Shown here in pieces: positions 1 through 10,670 of a stretch of 55,289 nucleotides of DNA; the stretch's first letter is position 1; each line of letters begins with the position of its first letter. Origin of the DNA: Octopus bimaculoides (Eukaryota); contig NC_068982.1 of assembly GCF_001194135.2 (NCBI RefSeq), positions 4,913,302-4,968,590 of the forward strand, given 5' to 3'. Position numbers and translations under genes: made by a program. The notes beneath the pieces were generated by a model. That model did not search any database and was not told the origin of the DNA. It was given only the letters and a program-made list of their open reading frames with translations.

Positions 1-584
1 AGAAAAAAATAAAGATTGTGCGACAGTGGAATTGGTTGAAAGAGGGATGTAGTAATGAGGGAAAAAGAAGACTGTACAAGAATAACTGATTAGAGTAAGG
101 GTTGTGATATTCGATGCGTTGTAGACAAAATTGCTAATCATGTTGAAAGATGTAGTAAGATATCACAAAAATAAGAGGAAGACATGACAGGATAAGGAAA
201 TGGATACCATGAGAGATGAGTAAGCTGAGAATTGGTACCAAAATCAACCAGATGTTCTCTTTGATAATGGTTACTTCTATAATTCTGTGAATTTTTTTTA
301 GTGCAAAATAGCCATGTAATAAAAGCACAAAACCCAAATATGATTATTAAAGAGTAAAAACGAAAATAGAATATGGAAACTTGTAGTTTTCTTTCTCTAT
401 TTGACAATATGTTCAAAGTGAAAGAAAATGAAATGATTGAATTGTCCGATTCCTGAAAACATTCTTAGATAATCACTGAAACATCTTGATTAAATCTCTA
501 AATATTTAGAATGAGTTGTTGTGAATAAAATTATAAGTTCTTAGATTTTTAACCTAATCTTTAAGGTGGCAAGCTTCTAAAATA
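1..584 (-). repeat. Left arm of long inverted duplication (continues off the window start)
   Basis: Reverse complement of 1769-2353; the ORF track gives near-identical 92-aa translations at 138..416(-) and 1937..2215(+). Inner edge AAGCTTCTAAAATA ends at 584. Confidence 0.95.
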
Positions 585-660
585 GTGGTTCTCATGTGGG
601 GTCCATACGACCCTTGCAGTTCCAGAAAATATTTTGTTCTTAAAATTTATGTGCAATAGG

Positions 661-1016
661 CACAGGAACGGCTGTGTGGTGAGAAGCTTGCTTCCCAACC
701 ACATGGTGCTGGGTTCATTCTCACTGTATGACACCTTGAGTGTCTTCTACTGAAGCCTCAGGCTGACTGAAGCCTTGTGAGTGGATTTGGTGGACAGAAA
801 CTAAAAGAAGCCTGTCGTATTTATTTGTGTGTCTATGTTTCTCTCCCCCACCATCGTCTGACAACCAATGTTGGTGTGTTTACGTCCCCATAACTTAGCA
901 GTTCAGCGAAAGAAACTGACAGGTTTACAAAAGATAAGTCTCGGGGTTGATTTGTTCGACTGAAGGCAGTGCTCCAGCATGGCCACAGTCAAATGACTGA
1001 AACAAGTAAAAGAATA
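661..1016 (+). mobile_element. tRNA-headed SINE family C (~400 bp)
   Basis: GGCTGTGTGGT(A/G)AGAAG head, GGGTTCA B-box-like, body GTGAGTGGATTTGGT..GAAACT, tail GTGCTCCAGCATGGCC..GAAACAAGTAAAAGA shared with many copies in window. Confidence 0.85.
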
Positions 1017-1084
1017 ACAAACTGGTTATGCTTCTACAGCACACAAAATATTTCAACAGTTTTTTATTTCCAATTCCTTATAAT

Positions 1085-1302
1085 ATTGGCTCCAAATTTT
1101 GGTACATGGCCAGCAGTTTTGTGGGGAGGGGCCAAGTCAATTGAACTGCCCTCCATGTTCAACTGGTACTTATTTTATTGACCCTGGACGGATGAAAGGA
1201 AAAGTCAGCCTTGGTGAAATTTGAACTCAGGAAAGTAGAGACAGACAAAATGCTGCTAAGCATCTTACCTGACGTGCTGACAATTCTGCCAGCTCAATGC
1301 CT
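1085..1302 (-). mobile_element. tRNA-headed SINE family B
   Basis: AACTGGTACTT..GGATGAAAGG..TTTGAACTCAG..GCTAAGCAT..CTGCCAGCTC shared with about 9 other copies. Confidence 0.85.
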
Positions 1303-1768
1303 TGAGCTATTTCTTATAACATTGAATTATAAATATATAATAAGGTTTCTTTTAAACACTGAATGGCTATGAGGTTCCATCCAAGTAAAATTGGAATCAA
1401 AGGTGTCAATAGGTAAAAAATGGTTGAAACATTTATTGTTGTTGTTGTTGTCAAGAAATATCACTATTGTTTACTATCTTAATGATATTTCATATTGATC
1501 ATAGCAGTAGAGTCATACCTTGAGATTTAGTTATAACAAAAGCTTCTCAAATCAAAAATACTGCAAAAGCATCTTATACAAGAGGTGAAGATTTACGTTT
1601 TTCTTTTTTGTAATTGCATTTCTCTAGTCTCCATGAAATAGAACTTAATACTGGGAACAGCCTACTGCAGTCTCACCTGACCTCTCGTGTAGCAATAAAT
1701 ACTGTAAATAAATGACCAAAGTGGTCAAGTACTTATCATAGAATCGGTGCCTTGTGTACACTGGAGAA

Positions 1769-2353
1769 TATTTTAGAAGCTTGCCACCTTAAAGATAAGG
1801 TTAAAAGTTTAAGAACTTATAATTTTATTCACAACAACTCATTCTAAATATTTAGAGATTTAATCAAGATGTTTTGGTGATTATCTAAGAGCCTTTTCAG
1901 GAATCTGACTATTCAATCATTCCATTTTCTTTCACTTTGAACATATTGTCAAATAGAGAAAGAAAACTACAAGTTTCCATATTTTATTTTTGTTTTTACT
2001 CTTTAATAATCATTTTGGGGTTTTGTGCTTTTATTACATGGCTATTTTGCACTAAAAAAAATTCACAGAATTATAGAAGTAACCATTATCAAAGAGAACA
2101 TCTGGTTGATTTTGGTACCAATTCTCAGCTTACTCATCTCTCATGGTATCCATTTCCTTATCCTGTCATGTCTTCCTCTTATTTTTGTGATATCTTACTA
2201 CATCTTTCAACATGATTAACAATTTTGTCTACAACGCATCGAATATCACAACCCTTACTCTAATCAGTTATTCTTGTACAGTCTTCTGTTTCCCTCATTA
2301 CTACATCCCTCTTTCAACCAATTCCACTGTCACACAATCTTTATTTTTTTTCT
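1769..2353 (+). repeat. Right arm of long inverted duplication
   Basis: Starts TATTTTAGAAGCTTGCCACCTTAAAGAT, the reverse complement of 556-584; matches 1-584 throughout with scattered substitutions. Confidence 0.95.
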
Positions 2354-2489
2354 GATGAAGAACTTCCCTTTCTACACTTTTCCATCATTTTCTATTTTCT
2401 CCATCATGTTCTTTCATCTATAATCCTCATCTGTGCAAAATTATCTTCTCTTTGCCATTCCTAATACATCTTCTTCGTGGCACCAGAAC

Positions 2490-2862
2490 AGGTGCTATTT
2501 GGCATGCTGGTGCCATGTAAAAAGCACCCGGCACACTCTGTAAAGGGGTGAATGTTAGGAAGGGCATCGAGCTGCAGAAACCATGCCAAAACAGACAATT
2601 AGGGCCTGGGGCAGCACCCCAGCTTGCCAGTCCTCAGTCAAACCATCCAACCCATGCCAGCATAGAAAACAGACATTAAATGACGGTGGTGAGGAGTTGG
2701 CAAAGCAAACCTCACTGATGCTGGAACCACATAAAAAGCACCCGACCATAAATACCATGCCAAAGTAGGTTGTGGAGATTGGTGCAGTCCTCTGACTTAC
2801 CACTTCCTGTCAAACTGTGTCCAACTCTTGCCTGGAAGATGGATGTTAAATGATGAGGATGA
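2490..2862 (+). mobile_element. Two adjacent RTE LINE 3'-end fragments (family A)
   Basis: GTAAAAAGCACC..TTAGGAAGGGCATC..CCAACCCATGCCAGCAT..TTAAATGA; second decayed copy ends TTAAATGATGAGGATGAG. Confidence 0.8.
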
Positions 2863-3139
2863 GTTGAATAACATTCATTTATGAATGTGATCCATTGCAC
2901 ATTTGCTGCAGCTCTTCATTTCATCAAGACTTTTGTTGCTTGTATTTCCATTTTCAAAAGTTCTTTCCCTTAAAAGTGATTCCTCTGCCTCATTTCCCCA
3001 AATATGTCGTTTGTACTAAAAAAAAAACAATCTGCAAAAACCTACACTGTTTTTATTCACCAGGTTTAAAATGTTAAAACACAACAATGATTCTTAACAT
3101 TCTAAATGATAATTTCTGTTATTGGAATAAATACATAAA

Positions 3140-3347
3140 TAGAAATATTCTTTTCTACTCTAGGCACAAGGCCTGAAATTTTTGGGGAGGATACAGTTGA
3201 TTGGATCGACCCTGGTATACAACTGGTACTTAATTTATCGAACCCGAAAGGATGAAAGGCAAAGTCGACCTCGGCGAAATTCGAACTCAGAATGTAAAGA
3301 CAGATGAAATACCACTAAGCATTTTGCCTGGCGTGCTTGCCGCCTTA
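3140..3347 (-). mobile_element. SINE family B
   Basis: AGGCCTGAAATTTTTGGGGAG..GAAAGGATGAAAGGCAAAGTCGACCTCGGCG..GCTAAG-like motifs. Confidence 0.85.
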
Positions 3348-3417
3348 CATAAATAGAAATATTATTAATAATTGTATTATGAGAATAATGATGCCAATAA
3401 TAATAATAATAATAGTA

Positions 3418-3605
3418 ATCATCATCATCATCGTTTAACGTCCGCTTTCCATGCTAGCATGGGTTGGACGATTTGACTGAGGACTGGTGAAACCGGATGG
3501 CAACACCAGGCTCCAATCTAATTTGGCAGAGTTTCTACAGCTGGATGCCCTTCCTAATGCCAACCACTCAGAGAGTGTAGTGGGTGCTTTTACGTGTCAC
3601 CCACA
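3418..3605 (-). mobile_element. RTE LINE 3' end (family A)
   Basis: (CAT)n-CGTTTAACGTCCGCTTTCCATGCTAGCATGGGTTGGACG..GGATGCCCTTCCTAATGCCAACCAC. Confidence 0.9.
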
Positions 3606-4024
3606 CGAATAATAATAATAATAATGATCTCCTTAAGCTTCAAAGGCTCAAAGAAATACAAAATTCTTACTAGTGGATACAGTGATAATGTGATGTATGC
3701 AAAAACAAAAAAAATGGTTTACAGAGTACAAAGATGGGGGGGGGGTAAGAAGTGTTATGCAATACATGGAAAGACATTAAGAATTTCTAAGGTCTATACA
3801 ATTACACACACATGCCTGAAGTTTGATCAAAAAGTATTGGGAATGGTGTTATGAAAAGAAATTTACAACATATTAATGATTTGTAGGTATGTGGTATTTG
3901 GTTATGCAACCATAATATACTATAAATATATATTAAATGTTTTTATAAGTCAACACCATGTTCTACTGTATTAGCAGTGCGATTTTACATTATTTTGTGA
4001 AGGTTCTTTCTACAGATATTCCAT

Positions 4025-4223
4025 AGAAATTATAGCCAGCACTTTTTGCTACAATGTTTCATATCGAGACATCAGATGCAAACAAAGAATGTGAATAAAG
4101 ACCCCCCAGAAATATGTCATATACACTCAATACTCATTTTTGTCTCTGATCTCATTGTGTGTTTACATCTGATGTCTTGATACCAAACATTGGAGCCAAA
4201 AATAAGTGCTGGTTATAATTTCT
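4025..4223. repeat. Foldback / MITE-like element with ~60-bp inverted arms
   Basis: 4025-4084 (AGAAATTATAGCCAGCAC..GACATCAGATGCAAACA) is complementary to 4160-4223 with a few mismatches/indels. Confidence 0.8.
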
Positions 4224-4271
4224 GTCGAAATAACCCTAACAAAATAACTACAGCATAATTCAATTTAACAG

Positions 4272-4600
4272 TTAATCTCCTTCAAAGTAATTCCTTTCTG
4301 AAGCCACACATTTTATCCAGCATAATTTCTATTGATGGAAGCATTCTTGGAACTTCATTTTTGGGAATAGAATGCAGCTGACCCATTGAATTCTCTTGGA
4401 TTTCCTCAATGTTTTGAAATCTTGTTGGTGGGTGGGGGTCTATCACTGCAAAGACTAAGCCTTGGTTTCAGTGTTATAGCCACAGACCCACAATTCATCA
4501 CCTGTTGTTATGACCATTTCCAAAACGTTTTCATCATCCTTGACACAATCAAGGAGATCCTGTGCAGTCCAACTCTGATCTCCTTTCCGAGACAACCACA
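4272..4600 (-). mobile_element. Internally deleted mariner (DD34D-type) transposase remnant
   Basis: Minus-strand pieces read QDLLDCV..DDENVLEMVIT-GDELWVCGYNTETK (TGDE at 4494-4505), then RFQNIEEIQENS..WIKCVASERNYFEGD* (stop 4272-4274); frameshifted. Confidence 0.8.
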
Positions 4601-4783
4601 CTACATACTTTACTTCTAAGCACTGCTACAAACAACAGAAGTGAGTGAGACTGTTATAACTCTGTTGTGCCTGCACAACAGAGTTGAAGGTCAATCTGTG
4701 CCAAGCAGCTCTACTCTGTGTACTCTAGCTCTGGTACCATAGAAACAGTTCTGATACTTTTTGATCAGACCATGTATATGTGT

Positions 4784-5296
4784 GTGGAGGCACAATGGCC
4801 CAGTGGTTAGGGCAGTGGACTTGTAGTCATAGGATTGCAGTTTCGATTCCCAGACCAGGCATTGTGAGTGTTTACTGAGCCAAAAACACCTAAAGCTCCA
4901 CATGGCTCCNNNNNNNNNNNNNNNNNNNNNNNNNNNNNNNNNNNNNNNNNNNNNNNNNNNNNNNNNNNNNNNNNNNNNNNNNNNNNNNNNNNNNNNNNNN
5001 NNNNNNNNNNNNNNNNNNNNNNNNNNNNNNNNNNNNNNNNNNNNNNNNNNNNNNNNNNNNNNNNNNNNNNNNNNNNNNNNNNNNNNNNNNNNNNNNNNNN
5101 NNNNNNNNNNNNNNNNNNNNNNNNNNNNNNNNNNNNNNNNNNNNNNNNNNNNNNNNNNNNNNNNNNNNNNNNNNNNCTACGTTAAGGGTACACGTGTCTG
5201 TGGAGTGCTCAACCACTTGCACGTTAATTTCACGAGCAGTCTGTTCTGTTGATCAGATCAACTGGAACCCTCGTCGCCGTAATCAACAGAGTGTCA
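4784..5296 (+). mobile_element. tRNA-headed SINE family D, spanning N-gap 4910-5176
   Basis: GTGGAGGCACAATGGCCCAGTGGTTAGGGCAG..TTCGATTCC head; 3' part TTAATTTCACGAGCAG..ATCAACTGGAACCC matches copies at 30.9 kb and 41.5 kb. Confidence 0.8.
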
Positions 5297-5297
5297 T

Positions 5298-5334
<37 letters not shown>

Positions 5335-6049
5335 ATATATATGATGAAACAGACTCTAAAGAGACTGGTGTTTGTGTGCAACAGCAAGACTTAATTGATT
5401 TATTATTAAATAACACAAAAGAGAAGAGTGAAACTTGGTGTGGAAGGGAAATTCAACATTTTGGATCAAGAACTTTTTTCATAGAAAAGTTGAGATGGGA
5501 GAGATTAAGGAGACACAGCAAGGTTTTGCATCCTCTAAAGAAAACTGGCTTCAACTGGTCAGGAATATAGGACCATGGCAGCTTCATAAGTAAACAGGAA
5601 GTGGTAGAATCTGGGAGAGAGAGAGAGGTAAATGGGATGAGGAAGAAAAACAGATGAAGATGAGAAAGAGGATGGCAGATAGGAGAGGGAGACAATCAGT
5701 AATGTCACCCTTACAGACATTGGCATGAATTTTAACCGTTTAAAAAATAAATTTCTTTGTAGCCAAAAATAGCCTCTTATGGGTGTTTTGGCTAAGATCA
5801 AGAAGATATAGTCAACAATTTGAAAGATTATAATCATGGTGTGTGTGTGTGAAAGTGTGTGTGTGTGTGAAAGTGTGAATGTGCATGTGTGTGCATGCAT
5901 GTGTGTGCATGCATGTATGTGAATGTATGTGTGCGTGCGAATGTGTGTGTTCTATGTATCACTATAAACACAGATTGTGAGGTAGAATTTCCTATTCCAA
6001 ATATTCACCTGTGTGTGTGTGTGTGTGTGTGTGTATTTTCTTGGGTCAC

Positions 6050-6300
6050 AATGAGTATCTTTTGATCTATCAATGTGTTATTTCTTTACTACCCACAAGG
6101 GGCTACACACAGAGGGGACAGACAAACGGATTAAATCGATTATATCGACCCCAGTGCGTAACTGGTACTTATTTAATCGACCCCGAAAGGATGAAAGGCA
6201 AAGTCGACCTCGGCGGAATTTGAACTCAGAATGTAGCGGGCAGACGAAATACTGCTAAGCATTTCGCCCGGTGTGCTAACGGTTCTGCCAGCTCGGCGCC
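6050..6300 (-). mobile_element. SINE family B
   Basis: Near-consensus: TCGACCCCAGTGCGTAACTGGTACTTATTTAATCGACCCCGAAAGGATGAAAGGCAAAGTCGACCTCGGCGGAATTTGAACTCAG. Confidence 0.9.
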
Positions 6301-6449
6301 ATATGATCTATGAATGTGTCTGTAGGCAGACACACATCATTAGATTTATCTACAGCTCAAGATGTCTGGAAAGAAGCAATGAAATAGAACTGAAGTCGAT
6401 GGTGTGTAAAGGAGCCAGAAAGGGATTGCAACGGATATTAAACAAGGCA

Positions 6450-6770
6450 CAGTTCTCTATTTAAGAGATGAGGAATTATTTACATTTACATTTGACGGAT
6501 ATTTGTCCTCATCTTGTTTGTTGTTAACACAACGTTTCAGCTGATATACCCTCCAGCCATCATCAGGTGTCTTGGGGAAATTTCGAACCGGAGTTCTCAT
6601 TCCTAAGGTATTTTTCAATGTTATTTATTATTATTATTATTCAGATCACTGCCTGGAATCAAACTCGGAATCCTGGGGTTAATAGCCAGAGCTCTTAACC
6701 ACTATGCCATGTGCCTGTGGGAATATGGCATAGTGGATAATAATAATATCGAAAAATACCTTTTTTACTT
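6450..6770 (-). mobile_element. PLE terminal repeat (tRNA-like head + hammerhead) followed by short inverted remnant
   Basis: Matches 27205-27446 in reverse; A-box TGGCATAGTGG at 6699-6709(-); inverted ATGGCATAGTGG..ATCGAAAAATACC at ~6726-6770. Confidence 0.85.
6526..6571 (-). ncRNA. Minimal type I hammerhead ribozyme motif
   Basis: Minus strand gacac-CTGATGA-t-ggctg-gagggtatat-cagct-GAAA-CGTT-gtgtt. Confidence 0.65.
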
Positions 6771-7559
6771 TATATTTTAGTATTTTCTGTTAAAGTATTT
6801 TTCTTTACAAGATTTTCAGGAACACATCACTTGCATGATGTGGGGGAGTGCTGTACATGCATGCTCATATATATGCATACATATACACACACAAACACAT
6901 ATTTAGACAAAAATAAGTAAAAAAGAAAAGGACAACAAGATACGCAAGAGTTAAAACAAAAAATATAATTTTAAGAAACAATACATGAAAGATTATTTGT
7001 GTACTTCATGACCTTTGCACTAACGAACATTTTTTGAGTTTGGTGTTAAAACCAGCAACATCTTCAGGGCTTCCTTTTTTCGTGATATAATGTTTTACTT
7101 TTGCTAGTAATCTGTCTTTAGCATGATGTAACAATGTAACAATTTTTTGTGCCATTACAACTCCTGAGACTCCATGGCACCAGCGCTGTGTAAGTTTGTC
7201 TACGTACAGTTTGATTATCCTCTTCATTTTTTTCCCCCCTTTATTTTCCTGAGGAGGGATTTCATTATTGTTCATAAGAAATTGTTCCTCTTTCACCTTT
7301 TATTGTTTTATATTGAGTTTTTTCCTGTAATGGTTTTCTCTTTTTCCTCCTTTCATTTCTTCCTCATCACATGACGAAGACACAGTAATACAGATTAGTA
7401 CTCTTAGGGGATGAAATATTTGCATATCTATTTGTGGACCTAAAGATATTACCTTTGCCATGTTGTTATGCTTGATGCATGTTCGAACTAGGGAACAAGC
7501 CACTCACTGTGTTTTCTCACGGAGAATATATCTCACTTGTTGACAAATGATCAGCTCGC

Positions 7560-7598
7560 AGTGCCACCTACCTAGACTCAGTCTAGGTAGGTGGCACT
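7560..7598. repeat. Perfect 19-bp-arm palindrome with 1-nt centre
   Basis: AGTGCCACCTACCTAGACT-C-AGTCTAGGTAGGTGGCACT. Confidence 0.95.
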
Positions 7599-7630
7599 AT
7601 TACTTAGCCTTCATTAATATGTAATTCATA

Positions 7631-7860
7631 ATGAGGCAGCGAGCTGGCAGAAACGTTAGCACGCTGGTCAAAATGCTTAATGGTATTTCGTCTCTCTTTA
7701 CGTTCTGAGTTCAAATTCCACCGAAGTCGACTTTGCCTTTCATCCTTTTGGGGTCGATTAAATAAGTACCAGTTACGCACTGGTGTCAATATAATCGACT
7801 GGCCCCCACTCCCCAAAAGTTTTGGGCTTTGTACCTAGAGTAGAAAAGATTATTATTATT
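7631..7860 (+). mobile_element. SINE family B (sense orientation)
   Basis: GAGGCAGCGAGCTGGCAGAAACGTTAGCACG..GAGTTCAAATTCC (B-box)..GTCGACTTTGCCTTTCATCC..(ATT)n tail. Confidence 0.9.
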
Positions 7861-7914
7861 ATTATTAACACTACTCTCTCTCTCACTCTGACAGTCTTTC
7901 TCTCTCTAACACTC

Positions 7915-8403
7915 AACTGACTTCCTCTCTTTCCTTGTCCAAGTATCTCCTCAATAGTAAGAGGGCTATCTCTGTCTCTCTATCTTACTCTAATCTCTTG
8001 GTTCAACTCCTTCTCTCAGCTGAGAGGTCCTTGTGTTGCGAGCTCACAGGTGCTGGTGCCATTTATAAAGCGTCTGTGCTGGTGCCACGTATAAAGCACC
8101 CATGACAATGTCATGTATAAAGTGCTGGTGTTGGTGCCACGTCAGAAGCAACTGTGCTGGTGCCACATTAAAAGGCACCCAGTCCACTCTGTAAAGTGGT
8201 TGGCATTAGGAAGGGCATCCAGCTGTAGAAACTGTGCCAAAGCAGACAAATGGAGCCTGGTGCAGCTCTCTGGCTTGTCAGCTCCTGTTGAACAGTTCAA
8301 CTCCTGCCAGCATGGAAAACGGACATCAAATGATGATGACGATGATAATGATGATGATGATGTTGTTGTTGATGATGAGGATGACGACGACGATGATGAT
8401 GAA
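7915..8403 (+). mobile_element. Family A 3' end with pyrimidine-rich 5' part and expanded (GAT)n tail
   Basis: GAGGTCCTTGT..GTGCTGGTGCC repeats, AGGAAGGGCATCCAGC, tail 8330-8403; similar 5' part at 17300-17450. Confidence 0.75.
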
Positions 8404-9085
8404 GAATGCTGTGAAACTGCACAGTAAATCTTTTTGATTCACTTATGATGTGACATCCTTAGCAATTAAACTGTTTGTTTAATTGAAGACTTTCTAATTG
8501 CTCTTAGGGTTCACAGAATAGGCCAGAATATGAAGACTACAAAACGAGAGAGCAGTGTCAGCTAGTGATAAATAAACAACTATAATTACAATAACGTCGT
8601 GACAATAATAACAATAATTACATAAAACTTTAATGGGAAACTAAAAAAAATACACTCAAAGCATTGAAGAAAATAATTTTTAAATGTAGGAAGATGGAAA
8701 AGAAAAAGTTTATTGCTGGCAAATTAATTTGCACCAGAAATTAAATTCAATGTCAACAATAATGTAATTAACATAAACACAAGTAATTAGTGACAGCTTT
8801 GATATAATAAATTGCAAGTTCAATGAACTGAACAATACGAAGAAATGCAAAGGGGAATCATGGGAAAAATGCAGAAAACACGTCAATAAATAAAGTTTTG
8901 ATTTTGTCGAAACATATCCAAAAATGGCTGATTCAACAAGCTCAGCACGAATGATGAATGAGACCCTAACGAGGCTGAACCATTGACCCTTTGATTGTCA
9001 GGTATGTGGATTCACTTGGAGAGTATTTATATAAAAATATCATCATCATCGTCATTGTTTTAATGTCTACTTTTTCATAATTTAA

Positions 9086-9305
9086 CCCTTTAGCATTCAG
9101 ATTGCTCTGTCAAATGTAATGCATATTTATTCACATTGTTTTCAATTAATAATGCTTTATCCTGTAGCTTGGAGAATGCAAATTTGTGACTGTCTAACTT
9201 TAGAACGACCTTGTCAAGTTAGTGTCAGAGGTTGGATGTGGCCAGTTTTAACATAAAACAGGTAGAATATTTGAACTGGATCTGGCCAGTTTAGATTCTA
9301 AAAGG
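9086..9305 (+). mobile_element. piggyBac-type MITE (family P1)
   Basis: TTAA(9082-9085)-CCCTTTAGCATT...ATTCTAAAAGG-TTAA(9306-9309); TTAA flanks and CC/GG ends typical of piggyBac. Confidence 0.7.
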
Positions 9306-9539
9306 TTAAAGGGAATATTCAGGGTGCATTATATAGTTTAATTAGAATCATACGAACAAACAATAACCATTATTCCAAGAGCTATGTAAAGCAGTCACAC
9401 ACACACACTTCCAATGGCTACATTACAAATTTAAGCTGAACAATACCAAAGATGTCTACTGCAGAATTGCTGTGCACAAAGCCTCAACCATGTTACTACT
9501 CATAAACTATTAACTCTTTCTACTTACAGGTACATCATC

Positions 9540-9923
9540 CTATGGTTGGTCGGAACTCCATTAACAATCCCTTTCCATACTACACGGTCCTACATTGCTG
9601 TGTTCAGGTCTCTAATATCCAGCCCTGAATCCCGAGATATAGTATCTGGAAATGTCAGTTTTCTGGAGAAAACACTTCCGGTGGGATGCCATAGGAGCAG
9701 GGATGAGACAACCTCTTTCTCTGCTCGATGACAGAGGCCAGCAAATTGTAGCCGTTTCCGCTTTAGCTTGAGGGATATTGGTATCAGATTTCCGTAGATG
9801 GTACTAAGTGTTGGCTGTGATCTCCAACTGACGTTCTGTACCTTTCTGAGCAGGTTGGTATATGTTCCATCTTGCTGTTTTTCTAAGAGAGCTAATGTCT
9901 CTGATCCAGTGTTTATAAATATT
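9540..9923 (-). mobile_element. 5'-truncated LINE ORF2 C-terminus (RTE-related) with 23-bp TSD
   Basis: DGTYTNLLRKVQNVSW..IYGNL..RLQFAGLCHRA..LLLW..DL-TAM*DRVVWK; direct repeat TTTCTACTTA(C/T)AGGTACATCATC at 9517-9539 and 9924-9946. Confidence 0.85.
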
Positions 9924-9939
9924 TTTCTACTTATAGGTA

Positions 9940-10190
9940 CATCATCATCATTTAATGTCCGTTGTCCATGCTGGCATGGGTTGGACGGTTTGACTAGGGC
10001 TGGTAAGTTGGAAAGCTGCACCAGACTCCAGTCTGATTTGGCATGGTTTTCTACAGCTGGATGCCCTTCCTAATGCTAACCACTCTGAGAGTGTAACAGG
10101 TGCTTTTACATGCCACTGGCACGGGTGCCATTTACTTGGTACCTGCCACAACTGCGATTTTGCTCAGCTTGATAGGTCTTCTTCTGAAAG
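9940..10190 (-). mobile_element. RTE LINE 3' end (family A)
   Basis: CATCATCATTTAATGTCCGTTGTCCATGCTGGCATGGG..GGATGCCCTTCC. Confidence 0.9.
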
Positions 10191-10194
10191 GCTG

Positions 10195-10385
10195 AATTTT
10201 TTTTTGGGGGGGGGGGAGTAAGTCAATTACATTGACCCCAGTATCCAACTGGTACTTACTTTATCGATCCTGAAAGGGATGAAAGGCAAAGTCAACTTCA
10301 ACTGAAATTGAACTCAGAACGTAAAGATGAACAAAATGCTGCTTGCTAAGCATTTTGCTTGGCGTTCTAAAGATTCTGCAAGTAA
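10195..10385 (-). mobile_element. SINE family B
   Basis: GACCCCAGTATCCAACTGGTACTT..GGATGAAAGGCAAAGTC..GAACTCAGAACG. Confidence 0.85.
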
Positions 10386-10479
10386 GTTTGCAGGACAAGA
10401 TACCTCCGGTGAGGTGGGGGTAGGAGCAGTATTGAGGTGCAGAAAAGGTGTATTGCATTAGAAGAGGGTTTGTAGACTG

Positions 10480-10670
10480 TGTTCTTAACCACTACGCCTA
10501 CAAGCATATGGCGTAATAATAAATAATAATAATATCGAAAAATACCTTAGGAATGAGAACTCATGTTTAAAATTTCCCCAAGATACCTGATGAAGGCTGG
10601 AGGGTATATCAGCCGAAACATTGTGTTAACAACAAACAAGATGAGGACAAATATCCGTCAAATGTAAATA
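10480..10670 (+). mobile_element. PLE terminal repeat with hammerhead, preceded by short inverted remnant
   Basis: TTCTTAACCACTACGCC(-) then GCATATGGCGTA..ATACCTTAGGAATGAGAAC..; hammerhead 10582-10627 (gatacCTGATGAaggctg..cagccGAAACATTgtgtt). Confidence 0.85.

Noticed and set aside
4868-5252. ORFs spanning N-runs or microsatellites (also 21962-22382, 42473-42781, 47156-47473, 52593-53348)
   Set aside because: Open only because of N gaps or (CA)n/(TA)n repeats.
8113-8427. 104-aa ORF with poly-Asp tract
   Set aside because: It is a translation of the RTE 3' UTR and its (GAT)n tail.
8508-8565. Acceptor-like CTAATTGCTCTTAG followed by (R)VHRIGQ, resembling SNF2 helicase motif VI
   Set aside because: The frame stops after 18 codons, there is no good donor, and no other helicase motifs occur in the window; likely chance.
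8920-9006. Strong donor-like CAG|GTATGT at 9000/9001 with upstream AAAATGGCT
   Set aside because: All upstream frames close before the donor and no convincing acceptor is present; unsupported without RNA data.
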